IMG/VR virus record: IMGVR_UViG_3300029922_000017
Coordinates: 74,918-138,917 of that record
Reading direction: 5' to 3' (one strand)
Length of the DNA: 64,000 nt
Source: a virus
Notes under the pieces: generated by a model
Told to the model about the DNA's origin: nothing
What the model saw: only the letters and a program-made list of their open reading frames with translations
Database searches by the model: none
Translations under genes and position numbers: made by a program
Part shown: piece by piece, positions 50,885 through 61,287 of the stretch
Layout: each line of letters begins with the position of its first letter
Numbering within the stretch: position 1 is the first letter of the stretch

Positions 50885-51310
50885 TTACTTATTATTTCTA
50901 TTTAATCTAACATAATTCTCCTGCCAATAGGGAGACTCAACATCGTTGTTGATAATTGAAAAACTGGTAGTGGCTGGCTCAATAAATTTATCAACAAATC
51001 TTTCTCGGATAAACATATAAAGTCGTTTGGCATCGTCAACATCTTTTTTTGCCAATTCCATTCTATTCTTCATCTGTTCGAGTTTAAAGGTGCTATAAGG
51101 TTCGGGATGCCCAAATCCTCCCAGTGAGGCTTCATCATATACGTCTCGACTCTTTTTATTCGCCGCCAGCGCACCCTCATATGTTCCTTTCATCATAGCA
51201 TAATGCTCAATTGCGGATTGCTGTTGAAATACGAAGAAATCAAGAATAACTCTGGCACTTGCCGCACTATCTGATTTACTCATTTCTACGTTGACAGTAT
51301 GAAATATCAT
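50885..51310 (-). CDS. hypothetical protein
   Basis: 141 aa, consensus promoter. Confidence 0.65.
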   Translation of the reverse strand: MIFHTVNVEMSKSDSAASARVILDFFVFQQQSAIEHYAMMKGTYEGALAANKKSRDVYDEASLGGFGHPEPYSTFKLEQMKNRMELAKKDVDDAKRLYMFIRERFVDKFIEPATTSFSIINNDVESPYWQENYVRLNRNNK

Positions 51311-51345
51311 ATTTGAGAGTATATCTGAGTTATAATAAAAGTCAA

Positions 51346-51804
51346 CTACTTTTGAATAAATCTTTTAATCTTAGCTTTCTGCCACCACTTTAACACTTTA
51401 CCACAATATTTTGGTTCTTTGCCACTGGCAGACTCTGGTATTACATTTTTAACCTTCAATGCATCCTCCACTTTTTGGAAATCCATATATCCAATTCGAA
51501 TAAATGAAGTTGGCTCTTCCAACCATCCCTCATTTGTTATATTAATATCAAAAATACCATCGGGTTGCTTGGCTTTCACTTTATTTTTAGTCCGATAAAT
51601 TGCAATCGTTTCTCCGAGATGATATGGAATGGCGGTAATACATTGCTCAATGGTAGGAGAAACACATATTCTAGCACCTAAAGGCTCGGCTGGCGTCCTA
51701 TTATGTGATTCATTATTATCAAAATCACGTGGGATTAAGTGTTCTATTTCATCTTCTAATGTAGTCGAAATATGATACCAGTATCTTTTTTTATTATATA
51801 ACAT
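51346..51804 (-). CDS. hypothetical protein with possible ADP-ribosyltransferase-like motifs
   Basis: WYHIS...PR...RICVSPTI..C..AI...T.EGW. Confidence 0.5.
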   Translation of the reverse strand: MLYNKKRYWYHISTTLEDEIEHLIPRDFDNNESHNRTPAEPLGARICVSPTIEQCITAIPYHLGETIAIYRTKNKVKAKQPDGIFDINITNEGWLEEPTSFIRIGYMDFQKVEDALKVKNVIPESASGKEPKYCGKVLKWWQKAKIKRFIQK

Positions 51805-51810
51805 AATATT

Positions 51811-52065
51811 TTAACCCGCATTAAACGATGCCAATACACAACCCGAAACCGAACCTTCTTTAGCAGTTCCAATTAATTCAACGTCAAGTGAAATCGGGGA
51901 ATTTACCCATGCCGACCTACAATTAGTCCAAATCATTGGATTGCCGGAGGGGTCAATGTTAATAGCACTTTTTTCATCTTCGGCTATTACTACAATAGAG
52001 TCATAATCGTCATAACTCCACCTATCATTTCTCGTTAATTTGTATATATTCACGTGTTCTCCCAT
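51811..52065 (-). CDS. conserved small phage protein
   Basis: YDDYDSIVVIAEDE..A...LASFNAG. Confidence 0.7.
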   Translation of the reverse strand: MGEHVNIYKLTRNDRWSYDDYDSIVVIAEDEKSAINIDPSGNPMIWTNCRSAWVNSPISLDVELIGTAKEGSVSGCVLASFNAG

Positions 52066-53027
52066 CCTTTATTCTTCTCCCACTGTTCTTGGCTACAGGT
52101 ATCTTGTCGACTATTAAACCCATTTTCACCAGACTTGAGGCGGCGGATTTCTTCTCTAAGTTCCGCTTTAGTGCGGGCGTCTTTTTTTGGTTTTGCTTTA
52201 TATAAGATAATATTTATCATAATTTTTTAAGTTCGGAAGTTATATCAATTCTACCAGACGTTCCAGTTGTTCCGCCTGATATTTGGGTAATTTCAATTGA
52301 GGATATTTAACTGAGTCGGAATACATATCATTAATTCCGTCAATGATATATTCCAGCTTATCCAATGCCTGTAAATTGGATTTAGATTTTAATTTAGTGC
52401 GGAATGACTCTAATGAGTCGGCTTGCCATTTATTAATATCCTTTAATGAGGTTCTTTTCATAGTTTTTTAATACGTTCCACCTTCAGCACAATTTTTGTG
52501 ATAAGTTTCTATTGCCTGTTGTTTCTTGGTTAATTTCGTTGGTCTTTCCACGCCACAAATTGGACAATATTTCCATTTATCCGTCTGGACTATTCCAAAT
52601 CCATATTTATATGACCAACCATCACAAGCATCAATATCCATCCCGTCCACTTCACAGGCGGAACGACTCCAATATTTTAAATGAGAACACCAGATTTTAT
52701 TATTTTTCATTTTTATTAATAGCACTACAAATCTCCACTATTCGATTTGCCGCATTTTTTCGCTGTTCTTTACTACCATAAGTAGCACAGCAAGCACACC
52801 CAACACTCGACATTGGATATTTACAAGTGCATCTCGGATGACATGGCTTATCGGCAATTAAACATGGACATTTCATGTCATTTAAAGATAATTGAAATCT
52901 CACTCCACCTTGAATTGCTACATTATATGCAGCTTCATGACTGGTGGCTGGAAATGACTCCATAACAGAGTCATATATCTTTTTCTCTTCTCTGGTCAAC
53001 GAATTATATGTATATTCATTCTTCATA

Positions 53028-54971
53028 TTATTTCAATAAGTCTAAGAGTTCGATGGCATCTATGATTTTGGTTCCGTATTTCTTTGCCTTTTCCATCTTC
53101 GAACTTGAACTATTTTTATCATTCGTAACGAGATAAGTTACATTTTTTGCATAAGTTTCCGTGAAGGCATTCCCAGAACTGGTAATTTTGTCATGGTAAT
53201 ACTGTTTCGGCATATCAAATTTACCAGTTAAACATGCTAAAAATGCACCATCTTTTAAATTAGATTTTTTACTCTCCGTAATAGAAACTCCATTCTTGAT
53301 GAATTTAAGAATATAATCTTTCTTATGGAGCAGTTCCTTACAAATTTCAATCGCAGCGTTTGGAAGGGACGACTCATTCGCATATTTGGTCAGTGTAGTT
53401 CCATCTAACCATTGAGTTAACGAGTCCATTTTTCCTTTTAACGATTCTTGAACAATGGCCACACGACGTTTTCCTAGATTTCCAATGCCAAGACTTCCAA
53501 GAAATTCATTGAGTGGGAGTTTTCTTTTCTGTTCGATATTAGCAATGATTTTCTCGGCTCTTTTTTCGCCCAACCTAGTTTTTTCGCTTAACATCAAATC
53601 CGCCAATTCATCTTCTTTATCTTTAAGAGTATATAAATCTGCGGCACTCTGAATAAGTCCACTTGATAGTAACGCTTCAATTACGGAAGTCCCAATTACT
53701 TGAATATCCAATGATTTTACATACTTTTCAATTTTCCCTAACCGCTGTGCCGGACAATCTTCATTAACACAATAAATTGCTACGCTATCAACGCCGGAAA
53801 TATTGGACTTCTTTTCTACCTTACCACCACAACAAGGACATTTAGTGGGAGTAATGATAGGAATACGATTGCTAGGACGCTTGATTACTTTAGTTATACA
53901 AGGGATGATGTCCCCCGATTTTGTAAGAATAATCTCATCATTAATACATAATTCCAAATTTTCAATATTATCAATATTATATAGACTTGCAAATTCAACA
54001 GTAGTTCCTCCGATTTGCGTTGGAACTACTTGAGCCACAGGGGTTAATGCCCCGGAATGGCCTGTTTCGAATTGAACTTTTAATAGAGTAGTCTTCACTT
54101 CTTCGGGTTCGAATTTAATAGCCACGGCTCCACGAGGAGCGTGTTCCGAACTTCCCAATGATAATTGTTTCTTGATATCATTAATAAAGATTGTAATTCC
54201 ATCTATTTGGAAATTCAACGTGCTCCTAATTTTTGCAATTTCAAGATACCAGTTCCACACTTCAGCCGCAGTTCCTACAAATGACTGAACAGTATTAAAT
54301 CCAAGTTCTTTTAGATTCTTATGCATTTCCGATTGAGTATCTCCGATAATATTTCCATTTAAATCATACAACCGAAAAGCATAGAAACTCAACCATTCGG
54401 ACTGACTACCATCCTTCCGGCGCATGATACCGACTGGTAGATTTCTTGGGTTAGAAGTCTTATCGGGGTCAATAGAATTCCAATCATCCATATTTAATGC
54501 TACTTCACCTCGCACAAACCCACTGAAAGTAGACTTGTTTGGTAGACCTTTAAACGATATAGCATTAGGAGTAATCGTTTCCCCATATAAACCATCCCCA
54601 CGAGTCACCGCAGAAATAAGTTGTCCGTTTCTATATTCCAAACTTACACTGCCGCCATCAATTTTTAATGAAGCTTCAAGTAATTCAGTTGAAAAGTTAT
54701 TCTTCTTGAGAGTATTTTTAATCCACGAATTCCATTCGTCAATATTGGTTGCTTTATCGAGCGAATCCATTTTTATACTATGTGCTTGTTTCTCTAAAAT
54801 ATTGTCCCGAATAGATGCACCGACTTTTTTAAGTCTTTTATCGTTTGGGTTGAGTTGTTTAAGCTCTTTGATTAAAGAATCATACACAGTATCATCCATA
54901 ATTGGATTTCCAATAGTATAATATGCATAATCCGCAGCGTCTATTTTCTTCTGGATGTCAAGTAATGTCAT
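53028..54971 (-). CDS. ligA: NAD-dependent DNA ligase
   Basis: AYY...DD.VYD, KIDG, TRGDG..GE, RGE, SGDIIP, Cys4 zinc finger, HhH repeats, BRCT; start moved to ATG 54971. Confidence 0.95.
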   Translation of the reverse strand: MTLLDIQKKIDAADYAYYTIGNPIMDDTVYDSLIKELKQLNPNDKRLKKVGASIRDNILEKQAHSIKMDSLDKATNIDEWNSWIKNTLKKNNFSTELLEASLKIDGGSVSLEYRNGQLISAVTRGDGLYGETITPNAISFKGLPNKSTFSGFVRGEVALNMDDWNSIDPDKTSNPRNLPVGIMRRKDGSQSEWLSFYAFRLYDLNGNIIGDTQSEMHKNLKELGFNTVQSFVGTAAEVWNWYLEIAKIRSTLNFQIDGITIFINDIKKQLSLGSSEHAPRGAVAIKFEPEEVKTTLLKVQFETGHSGALTPVAQVVPTQIGGTTVEFASLYNIDNIENLELCINDEIILTKSGDIIPCITKVIKRPSNRIPIITPTKCPCCGGKVEKKSNISGVDSVAIYCVNEDCPAQRLGKIEKYVKSLDIQVIGTSVIEALLSSGLIQSAADLYTLKDKEDELADLMLSEKTRLGEKRAEKIIANIEQKRKLPLNEFLGSLGIGNLGKRRVAIVQESLKGKMDSLTQWLDGTTLTKYANESSLPNAAIEICKELLHKKDYILKFIKNGVSITESKKSNLKDGAFLACLTGKFDMPKQYYHDKITSSGNAFTETYAKNVTYLVTNDKNSSSSKMEKAKKYGTKIIDAIELLDLLK

Positions 54972-55075
54972 AGTGGTAAGAGTATATCGGATTATCACTT
55001 AAAGTCAAGCAATTTTATTTTCAATTGTTGTCACTTTTTTGTCATTTATTTAATTCGCAATGCTATTTATATCAT

Positions 55076-56080
55076 ATGGATACAACAACGTCAACAAATA
55101 AAGAGAAAGAAGTTACATTATGGGAAGAAAACGAATACACCACACTACCGAAGAGCAACGTATTGCCGTCAACGAGCGGAGAATGCGATATTATAACCGC
55201 AACAAAAGGATTGAGAGGAAACGAGCACTTGATAGATATTATAAGAAAAAGGACATTAACAACTGATACATCTGGAATATATAAAATTACCAATAAAATA
55301 AATGGGAATTATTATATAGGGAAATCCACTAAAATCGGAAGACGCTGGTGTGAACATCGCAGATTTCTGAAACAAAATAGACATGATACTCCACATTTAC
55401 AAAACGCACGGAATAAATATGGTAGAGATAATTTTAAATTTGAAATAATTGAGCGGGAAATACCAATAAATGAGTTAAAACCTACCGAGCAAAAATACCT
55501 AGATATTGCTAAATTAGAAAAAGATAAGTGTTATAATACAAACTTTATATCTGACGGAGGAATGATTGGCGAATTACATCCCAACTATAAATCAATACCC
55601 ATAAATATATTGGATGAATCCAAGGATATTTGGTTATATAGACCATATTTAGAATTTGTTAATTATATGAATTCTAAAAAATATGGTCCAATAGTTCAAC
55701 AACGAGTTATTAAAAATTTCCAATCTGATACTACATTAATAAAAATAAAGGATGAAACATATCGTAAAAACATGTCTATATCAACATTAGGAATCAGAAA
55801 TGGTAATTGGGGAAATCACCAATCGGAAGCGACCAAGGAAAAAGTTAGACTACGAAGAAAAGAATATAAAGTAACGGATGAAACTAGGTCGAATATGGCA
55901 ATGGCTGGATGGGACAAGACAATTTACAAGTTTGAAAATCGAACTACTGAGGAGACTTTTATTGGAATAAAACATGATTTTTATACTAAATACAAACTAA
56001 ATCCTTCAAGTATAAGTGCAATAATATACGGAAAATTACCACATCACAAACAGTGGATTTTCCTCGGAGAAGTAAAATAA
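55076..56080 (+). CDS. GIY-YIG homing endonuclease with NUMOD3
   Basis: SGIYKITN..NGNYYIGKS, R...H, E...EQ.YL, YN; TATTTATA 4 nt before ATG 55076. Confidence 0.9.
   Translation: MDTTTSTNKEKEVTLWEENEYTTLPKSNVLPSTSGECDIITATKGLRGNEHLIDIIRKRTLTTDTSGIYKITNKINGNYYIGKSTKIGRRWCEHRRFLKQNRHDTPHLQNARNKYGRDNFKFEIIEREIPINELKPTEQKYLDIAKLEKDKCYNTNFISDGGMIGELHPNYKSIPINILDESKDIWLYRPYLEFVNYMNSKKYGPIVQQRVIKNFQSDTTLIKIKDETYRKNMSISTLGIRNGNWGNHQSEATKEKVRLRRKEYKVTDETRSNMAMAGWDKTIYKFENRTTEETFIGIKHDFYTKYKLNPSSISAIIYGKLPHHKQWIFLGEVK
55120..55266 (+). CDS. MGRK basic peptide (copy C, 48 aa, nested in another frame of the GIY-YIG ORF)
   Basis: MGRKRIHHTTEEQRIAVNERRMRYYNRNKRIERKRALDRYYKKKDINN. Confidence 0.7.
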   Translation: MGRKRIHHTTEEQRIAVNERRMRYYNRNKRIERKRALDRYYKKKDINN

Positions 56081-56556
56081 TTTCAATAGAAGATTGAAAT
56101 AGTCAAATTTACAATGGGAGGAACCACGGCTGGCGTTGCGGAATAAACCGTGCTTGAGCCAGTAGTTGATATTACGGGCGGCACAGTTGCACTTGATTGT
56201 GATTGGAGAATTGTGATTGGAGTTACAGTAGCAAGAAAAGTATTAACTGCTAATGCCAGTGGAGTAGTTCCGTCAGTATCCAATACATATGTATTAGAAA
56301 TTGGATTTTTTGTGCCGCTAAATATTTGTAATTTCATATTTTAATTAAAATTTCGCTTTCGATTGGTATTTGACATCCCATATAAATTGCATCTCCAAAA
56401 TACTGGAACAATTCCCACAGTTGGGCTTCGGAATAACCATCGTCATCCGTCTTAAAAGATATCGGACATAATTTATATACGTTATGTGTTAAATTTAAAT
56501 TTGCTATGTATTTCGCACCATCTTTGGTTATTTTAAATTTTACACTATCATTCAAA

Positions 56557-57033
56557 TTAATTTTTATAAACTTCATTATAATTTAATGTTTCAATTTCAA
56601 CCGACTCAAACCGCTCGAAATAGCCTTGCCACGTTCCACAATAAATTTCCTCAACTTTACCCGTCGACAATTCAACCTTCAAGGGAACTGATTTCCATTC
56701 ATTTTTGTCTCTATCCCGCTCATGTTTTAAAATTGCCGTTCGAATTTTGACGGCATCTTCATACTTATTAACCAGCGACACCTTACACATACACCCATCC
56801 TCACGGTGGAATGAGTCGCACGACGAATGTAATACATATACCAAATATAAAGGCTTCTGATTTGGATTTTCAGTTAAGATAAAATCCCAATATCGATTAT
56901 CATTTAATGTGGTCTTATACCCATCAAACGAATGTGAATGTGACAAATCATCCGCATCCCATTCATCGCTGGCATCGGCAACACGAGTTACTTCGGGGTG
57001 TTGACTGTGATTTACAGAGATATAGTATTCCAT
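56557..57033 (-). CDS. hypothetical phage protein
   Basis: DSF...WQGYFE pattern. Confidence 0.7.
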   Translation of the reverse strand: MEYYISVNHSQHPEVTRVADASDEWDADDLSHSHSFDGYKTTLNDNRYWDFILTENPNQKPLYLVYVLHSSCDSFHREDGCMCKVSLVNKYEDAVKIRTAILKHERDRDKNEWKSVPLKVELSTGKVEEIYCGTWQGYFERFESVEIETLNYNEVYKN

Positions 57034-57586
57034 ATTATAAATCCTTAATATACCACCAAATTACATTGAAATAATCGTTAGTTTTTTCAACTTTATTAAA
57101 TATTCCAGTCCACGAATTCTTTGCTCCACGTGTGTTTTCCTCAAATGTGAAGCTGCGGGCAAAGTGGGTGATGCGATATTTGTATGGGTCACGCTTAACC
57201 ATTGACTTCCAATTTTCAAATATCCGAATTCTTTCTCTCAATTCAGAATTGGTATCAATTGCCAATCGGACTTTATCTGCCCATGTCAATTTCTTTTGTA
57301 GTGTGAGACTGCCAGCCCCAACTTCCCCCTCTTCGAGAGGAATTTTTTTGGCATACCATTTTTTTGAGCGTTTTAATTTCATATTGTTGCGATATACGGG
57401 GTTCCTAATTTACATACAATCTGCTTGGTTGACAGCCGCCATATTTTAATGCCGAACATCGTCTTATAAAGCGTGGTTTCTAGCGTAGACCATATACAGT
57501 TGTAGGAAACCTGAATAGTTTCCGATACTGATTTTGTTCCGAATATATGTTTCATTTTCCACAGTATACATCATACCACCCAAATG

Positions 57587-58036
57587 TCAATCAATTTCTG
57601 CAATTGAAATTTTATACTTCCGACATGGGTTAATTTCCAATGCTTTAGGACATTCTAAATACATATAATTTCCCTCGGAGTCAACCCCCTCTACTTTGGT
57701 AGACGCCCAACACTTACTATAACTCATATTCATTATAATGCCTCGGTCATACAATGGTTCGGGATTGTATCCAAAACTTTGGGAGGTTTTATTTGGATGA
57801 AATATAAATTCAACCGGAGCCGCAGGTTGTTTAATTTCAACTTCCCGATATTCAGTTACGGCTTCAATCTTAGAAACCACTTGAGAATTCCGAATAAAGT
57901 AGCTGTAGCTCTCCATTTGTTTTACTCTCAACTTGTCTGGCCAAACTTCGGTAATCTCTGCTTGATAAGTCTTATTCGTGGGTTTATCCGTTGAATATTT
58001 AATAGTATCTCCGACTTTTAGTTCATTTATTTTCAT
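57587..58036 (-). CDS. hypothetical protein
   Basis: 149-aa ORF in operon. Confidence 0.6.
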   Translation of the reverse strand: MKINELKVGDTIKYSTDKPTNKTYQAEITEVWPDKLRVKQMESYSYFIRNSQVVSKIEAVTEYREVEIKQPAAPVEFIFHPNKTSQSFGYNPEPLYDRGIIMNMSYSKCWASTKVEGVDSEGNYMYLECPKALEINPCRKYKISIAEID

Positions 58037-58438
58037 ATTTATTCCATTGTTTTCGGGTTAATTTCCATCCAAACATATCATCTCTCACAAATCCAATTTT
58101 CTTCATCCAAGGAGTTGATAATCCATTGCCGCTACCTGTGTATATGATATCAACGGTCTTGTCCCACTCCCACGTATGTTTTAACAATTGAGTCGCTATC
58201 CCAATCCTCCGGTAATCTTCCGAAACATATACATTGGAAATTCCCTTGGCTTTATTGAGGGGACTATCAACCCACATAATACCAATTGGATATGGCAAAT
58301 TTATGGAAGCCGCCTGAATTGCCCATTGGGTTGGAAATTGTGGTGTTTGAAACCAATGTGTTGATAATTTCTCTCTTTGCCCGATTTTATAGCATTTCTA
58401 ATATCAATTACTTGAGGTGGCAGCTTTTTAGTTTTCAT
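58023..58438 (-). pseudogene. GNAT acetyltransferase split by a -1 frameshift
   Basis: YVSEDYRRIGIATQLL motif A; ATG at 58438 is out of frame with the GNAT body. Confidence 0.55.
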
Positions 58439-58646
58439 TTTTTCTTTGGTAATACCATTTGCTTGTAACGAACCCATTCCCAATCATTCATCTTCTTACC
58501 CATTGCTTCTTCCACTCTTAATTTACGTGCATTATCTAATTTATCCAACTCCACATTTTTTACAAATGGTTTTATTTTATAGATGATAGGTTTATTTTCC
58601 ACGGTGATATACTATATCAGATTTAAATTGAAAGTCAATATTCTAT

Positions 58647-59258
58647 TTACAATCCCATATCGTTCTTTACGGTGTTCATATCATCAATATCTTTAAATAT
58701 AAAGAAGTAGTGATTGGCCGATAATAAATAATATCCACTTTTACTTGTTATTTTTTTTGCCATGTAAGAATATACCTTACCCCGATTGCCTTCATCATAA
58801 TCTTTAAATGATATCCCTCTTGGATTATATGTTTTAATAAATCTATACATTATACTCTGTAATGTTTTTAATATTTTAATCGGATTTCCGGTATTGGTTA
58901 ACCCATACTCATAGTCGTTCAAATCTTCTATATATTTTTTTTCATCGCCGCTAATCATAATTGGTTTAGATTTGTGAGTGGAACTTATCAATTTAAACGA
59001 AAATTTATAAAATCCTATAAGTGCCAATGACGGAGTTGCCTCAACTGAGAATTTTTCTCCTTCTATATCTATAATTTTATGGAATTCCTTACCATCTGCT
59101 TCAATGTCATGTTCCGGCATATCTTCTGGGTCTAATAACTCAGACAGATATTCTTTTATTAATGCATTTTTATTTTTATTAAAATCTACATCTGATATAA
59201 ATTTATTGGTATTTTCAAATATCCAATCTTTAATTTTGCTATCGGTTATAATATTCAT
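58647..59258 (-). CDS. hypothetical phage protein
   Basis: LTNTG...IL.T...R.KVY pattern. Confidence 0.65.
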   Translation of the reverse strand: MNIITDSKIKDWIFENTNKFISDVDFNKNKNALIKEYLSELLDPEDMPEHDIEADGKEFHKIIDIEGEKFSVEATPSLALIGFYKFSFKLISSTHKSKPIMISGDEKKYIEDLNDYEYGLTNTGNPIKILKTLQSIMYRFIKTYNPRGISFKDYDEGNRGKVYSYMAKKITSKSGYYLLSANHYFFIFKDIDDMNTVKNDMGL

Positions 59259-59300
59259 AATTTTCCTTCATCAATCCACTCTACTCTCACATCACCAAAA

Positions 59301-60155
59301 TCACACCGATACTTCATATTTAATAGGGTCACTATATTTATATCCAATCAATTCAGTATCTTCGTATGTCCAATCGAATATAGACGTAAATTTATCGGTT
59401 TTAATTGTCGGAAGGTCGAATGTTTCTTGAGTTAGTTGTTTTTTAACTCCTTCTATGTGATTTTTATAGACGTGACAATCAGTAAAAAATCCAATTAATT
59501 TACCTTCTTTTAAATTTGCTTCTTTGGCAAGTAGATGTAATAGAAGAGCATATGTAACGTGACTCTGATTACATGCAACATCAATTGACCTCTGGTTCCA
59601 TGTAAGATTCAAATAACCATCTATCACAGTCACTTGCCAAGAATAATGACAAGGCGGAAGCCCCATTTCATCTATGGCCATTGGATTCCACGCAGACACA
59701 ATCATCCGCCTGTCCATTGGATTTTTCTTTAATGTATCAACTACATTTTTTAATTGGTCAATTTCTATTCCATCACCACTAGGTTCTCCGAATGCTCTCC
59801 ACTGGGTTCCATATATTAATCCCAAGTCATCTTCTATTGCCATTTTCTTTTTAGTCTCTTCGTCATTAGCATACGGAACAATTGCTGGATTACACCAACC
59901 ATCCCAATAATGACATCCTCTATCTTGCAACCATTTCTTACTCCTTAAACCCTTAATAAAGAATTCAAGTTCTACCTTTGTAGACTTAAATGGCAACTTC
60001 CTACTAGTGAGTAGTGGAAAGCCATCGGACATGTCATGTTCAAACATAAACCCTGCTATGGTTAAGCAATCTACTCCAGTTCTATTACCCTTCCACTTGC
60101 CTTTTTCAAGGATGGTATTGACTAATCTATGGTATTCTTTATCAGCGTTATTCAT
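59301..60155 (-). CDS. thyA: thymidylate synthase (atypical segment after QRSxD)
   Basis: RTG, FPLLT, LG.IYG.QWR, DQL, RRMIVSAWNP, LPPCH, QRS.D, DCHVY.NH. Confidence 0.9.
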   Translation of the reverse strand: MNNADKEYHRLVNTILEKGKWKGNRTGVDCLTIAGFMFEHDMSDGFPLLTSRKLPFKSTKVELEFFIKGLRSKKWLQDRGCHYWDGWCNPAIVPYANDEETKKKMAIEDDLGLIYGTQWRAFGEPSGDGIEIDQLKNVVDTLKKNPMDRRMIVSAWNPMAIDEMGLPPCHYSWQVTVIDGYLNLTWNQRSIDVACNQSHVTYALLLHLLAKEANLKEGKLIGFFTDCHVYKNHIEGVKKQLTQETFDLPTIKTDKFTSIFDWTYEDTELIGYKYSDPIKYEVSV

Positions 60156-61287
60156 AATTTATCCTTCCAATATAGACCGAACATAAATTCTAATACGACA
60201 TATATTATCTCGTATTTCTGCTAATCGCTTACCATCTTTAGTATTTGGTGGTAAGGATTTAAATAAACATCGTCCTTTAGTTGATTTTTTTAGTTTTTCA
60301 CAGAGAACAGCCACCATTTCAGTCGTGTTAATCAAATCTTTTTCAATTAACGATAACATTTTCACATTTGATAATGGTTTGGAGTGTTTAATTTTCATAA
60401 TTTAATATTCTTTTCCCATTCCCATACTACCATCACAATATCCAGATGACCATTCATCAGATGGAATTGAGTCTTGGGTATATGGGTTTGTGTTACGGTT
60501 ACGACCATCATAGGCTGCACTTTGCCCTTCTCTATACCATTTCTTCTTTAAAAGAAACTGCTGTTCTAATTGATAGTCGGTATATTCTATAGGTTCGGTA
60601 TCAGTGTCCATGATTTAATATTGTTCAACATCTACCAATTCCGGCGATGACATTTCTTGCCGTCTTAAATATGTGCGAAAGGCTTGTCGTATTTCATTCC
60701 TAATCCTTTCCGCATTTCTATTACTAATACCGCTCGGTATATGTTTTCCAATGCAAATGTCATTTATCAATTCCTCGATTGTGTTAAATGGGTGGGCATC
60801 TGCACAGTGGTCATGAGACTCACAAAAGACACATGGTTCTGCACATTGACATTTTTCATTATTAATCATATTCTTTTTGTTCTTTCGTTTATTTCGTTCA
60901 ATTCCAATTCTATTTTATATTGTAATTCTGAGATTGGTTCCCACGGACTAGGATTTAATATACATTTACATTTTTTATTGTCTGATGTAAAGACAGCATA
61001 ACACCGCTTACATTTCCAATATTTAGAATTTAAATACTCACGTTCATATACCTGCTTTTCATCATATTTAAAATCATCCCCCGTATATTTGTAATAGCAA
61101 TCTGGATATTTCATATTTTAACTTTATGCTTTTCTTTTATGCTTCTTCAGGTAATATCATCATATAAAACCTAATAATTTCAATATTATACCTACAATAA
61201 TAGTCAGTGGAACAATACCCAACACGCAATATCCAACAACTTGTATCATCTTATATGATTTTGGCTTGGAAGTCGATTTATTATATT

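Noticed and set aside
59301-60155. Group I intron or intein in thyA (or ligA)
   Set aside because: Both ORFs are continuous and of normal length.
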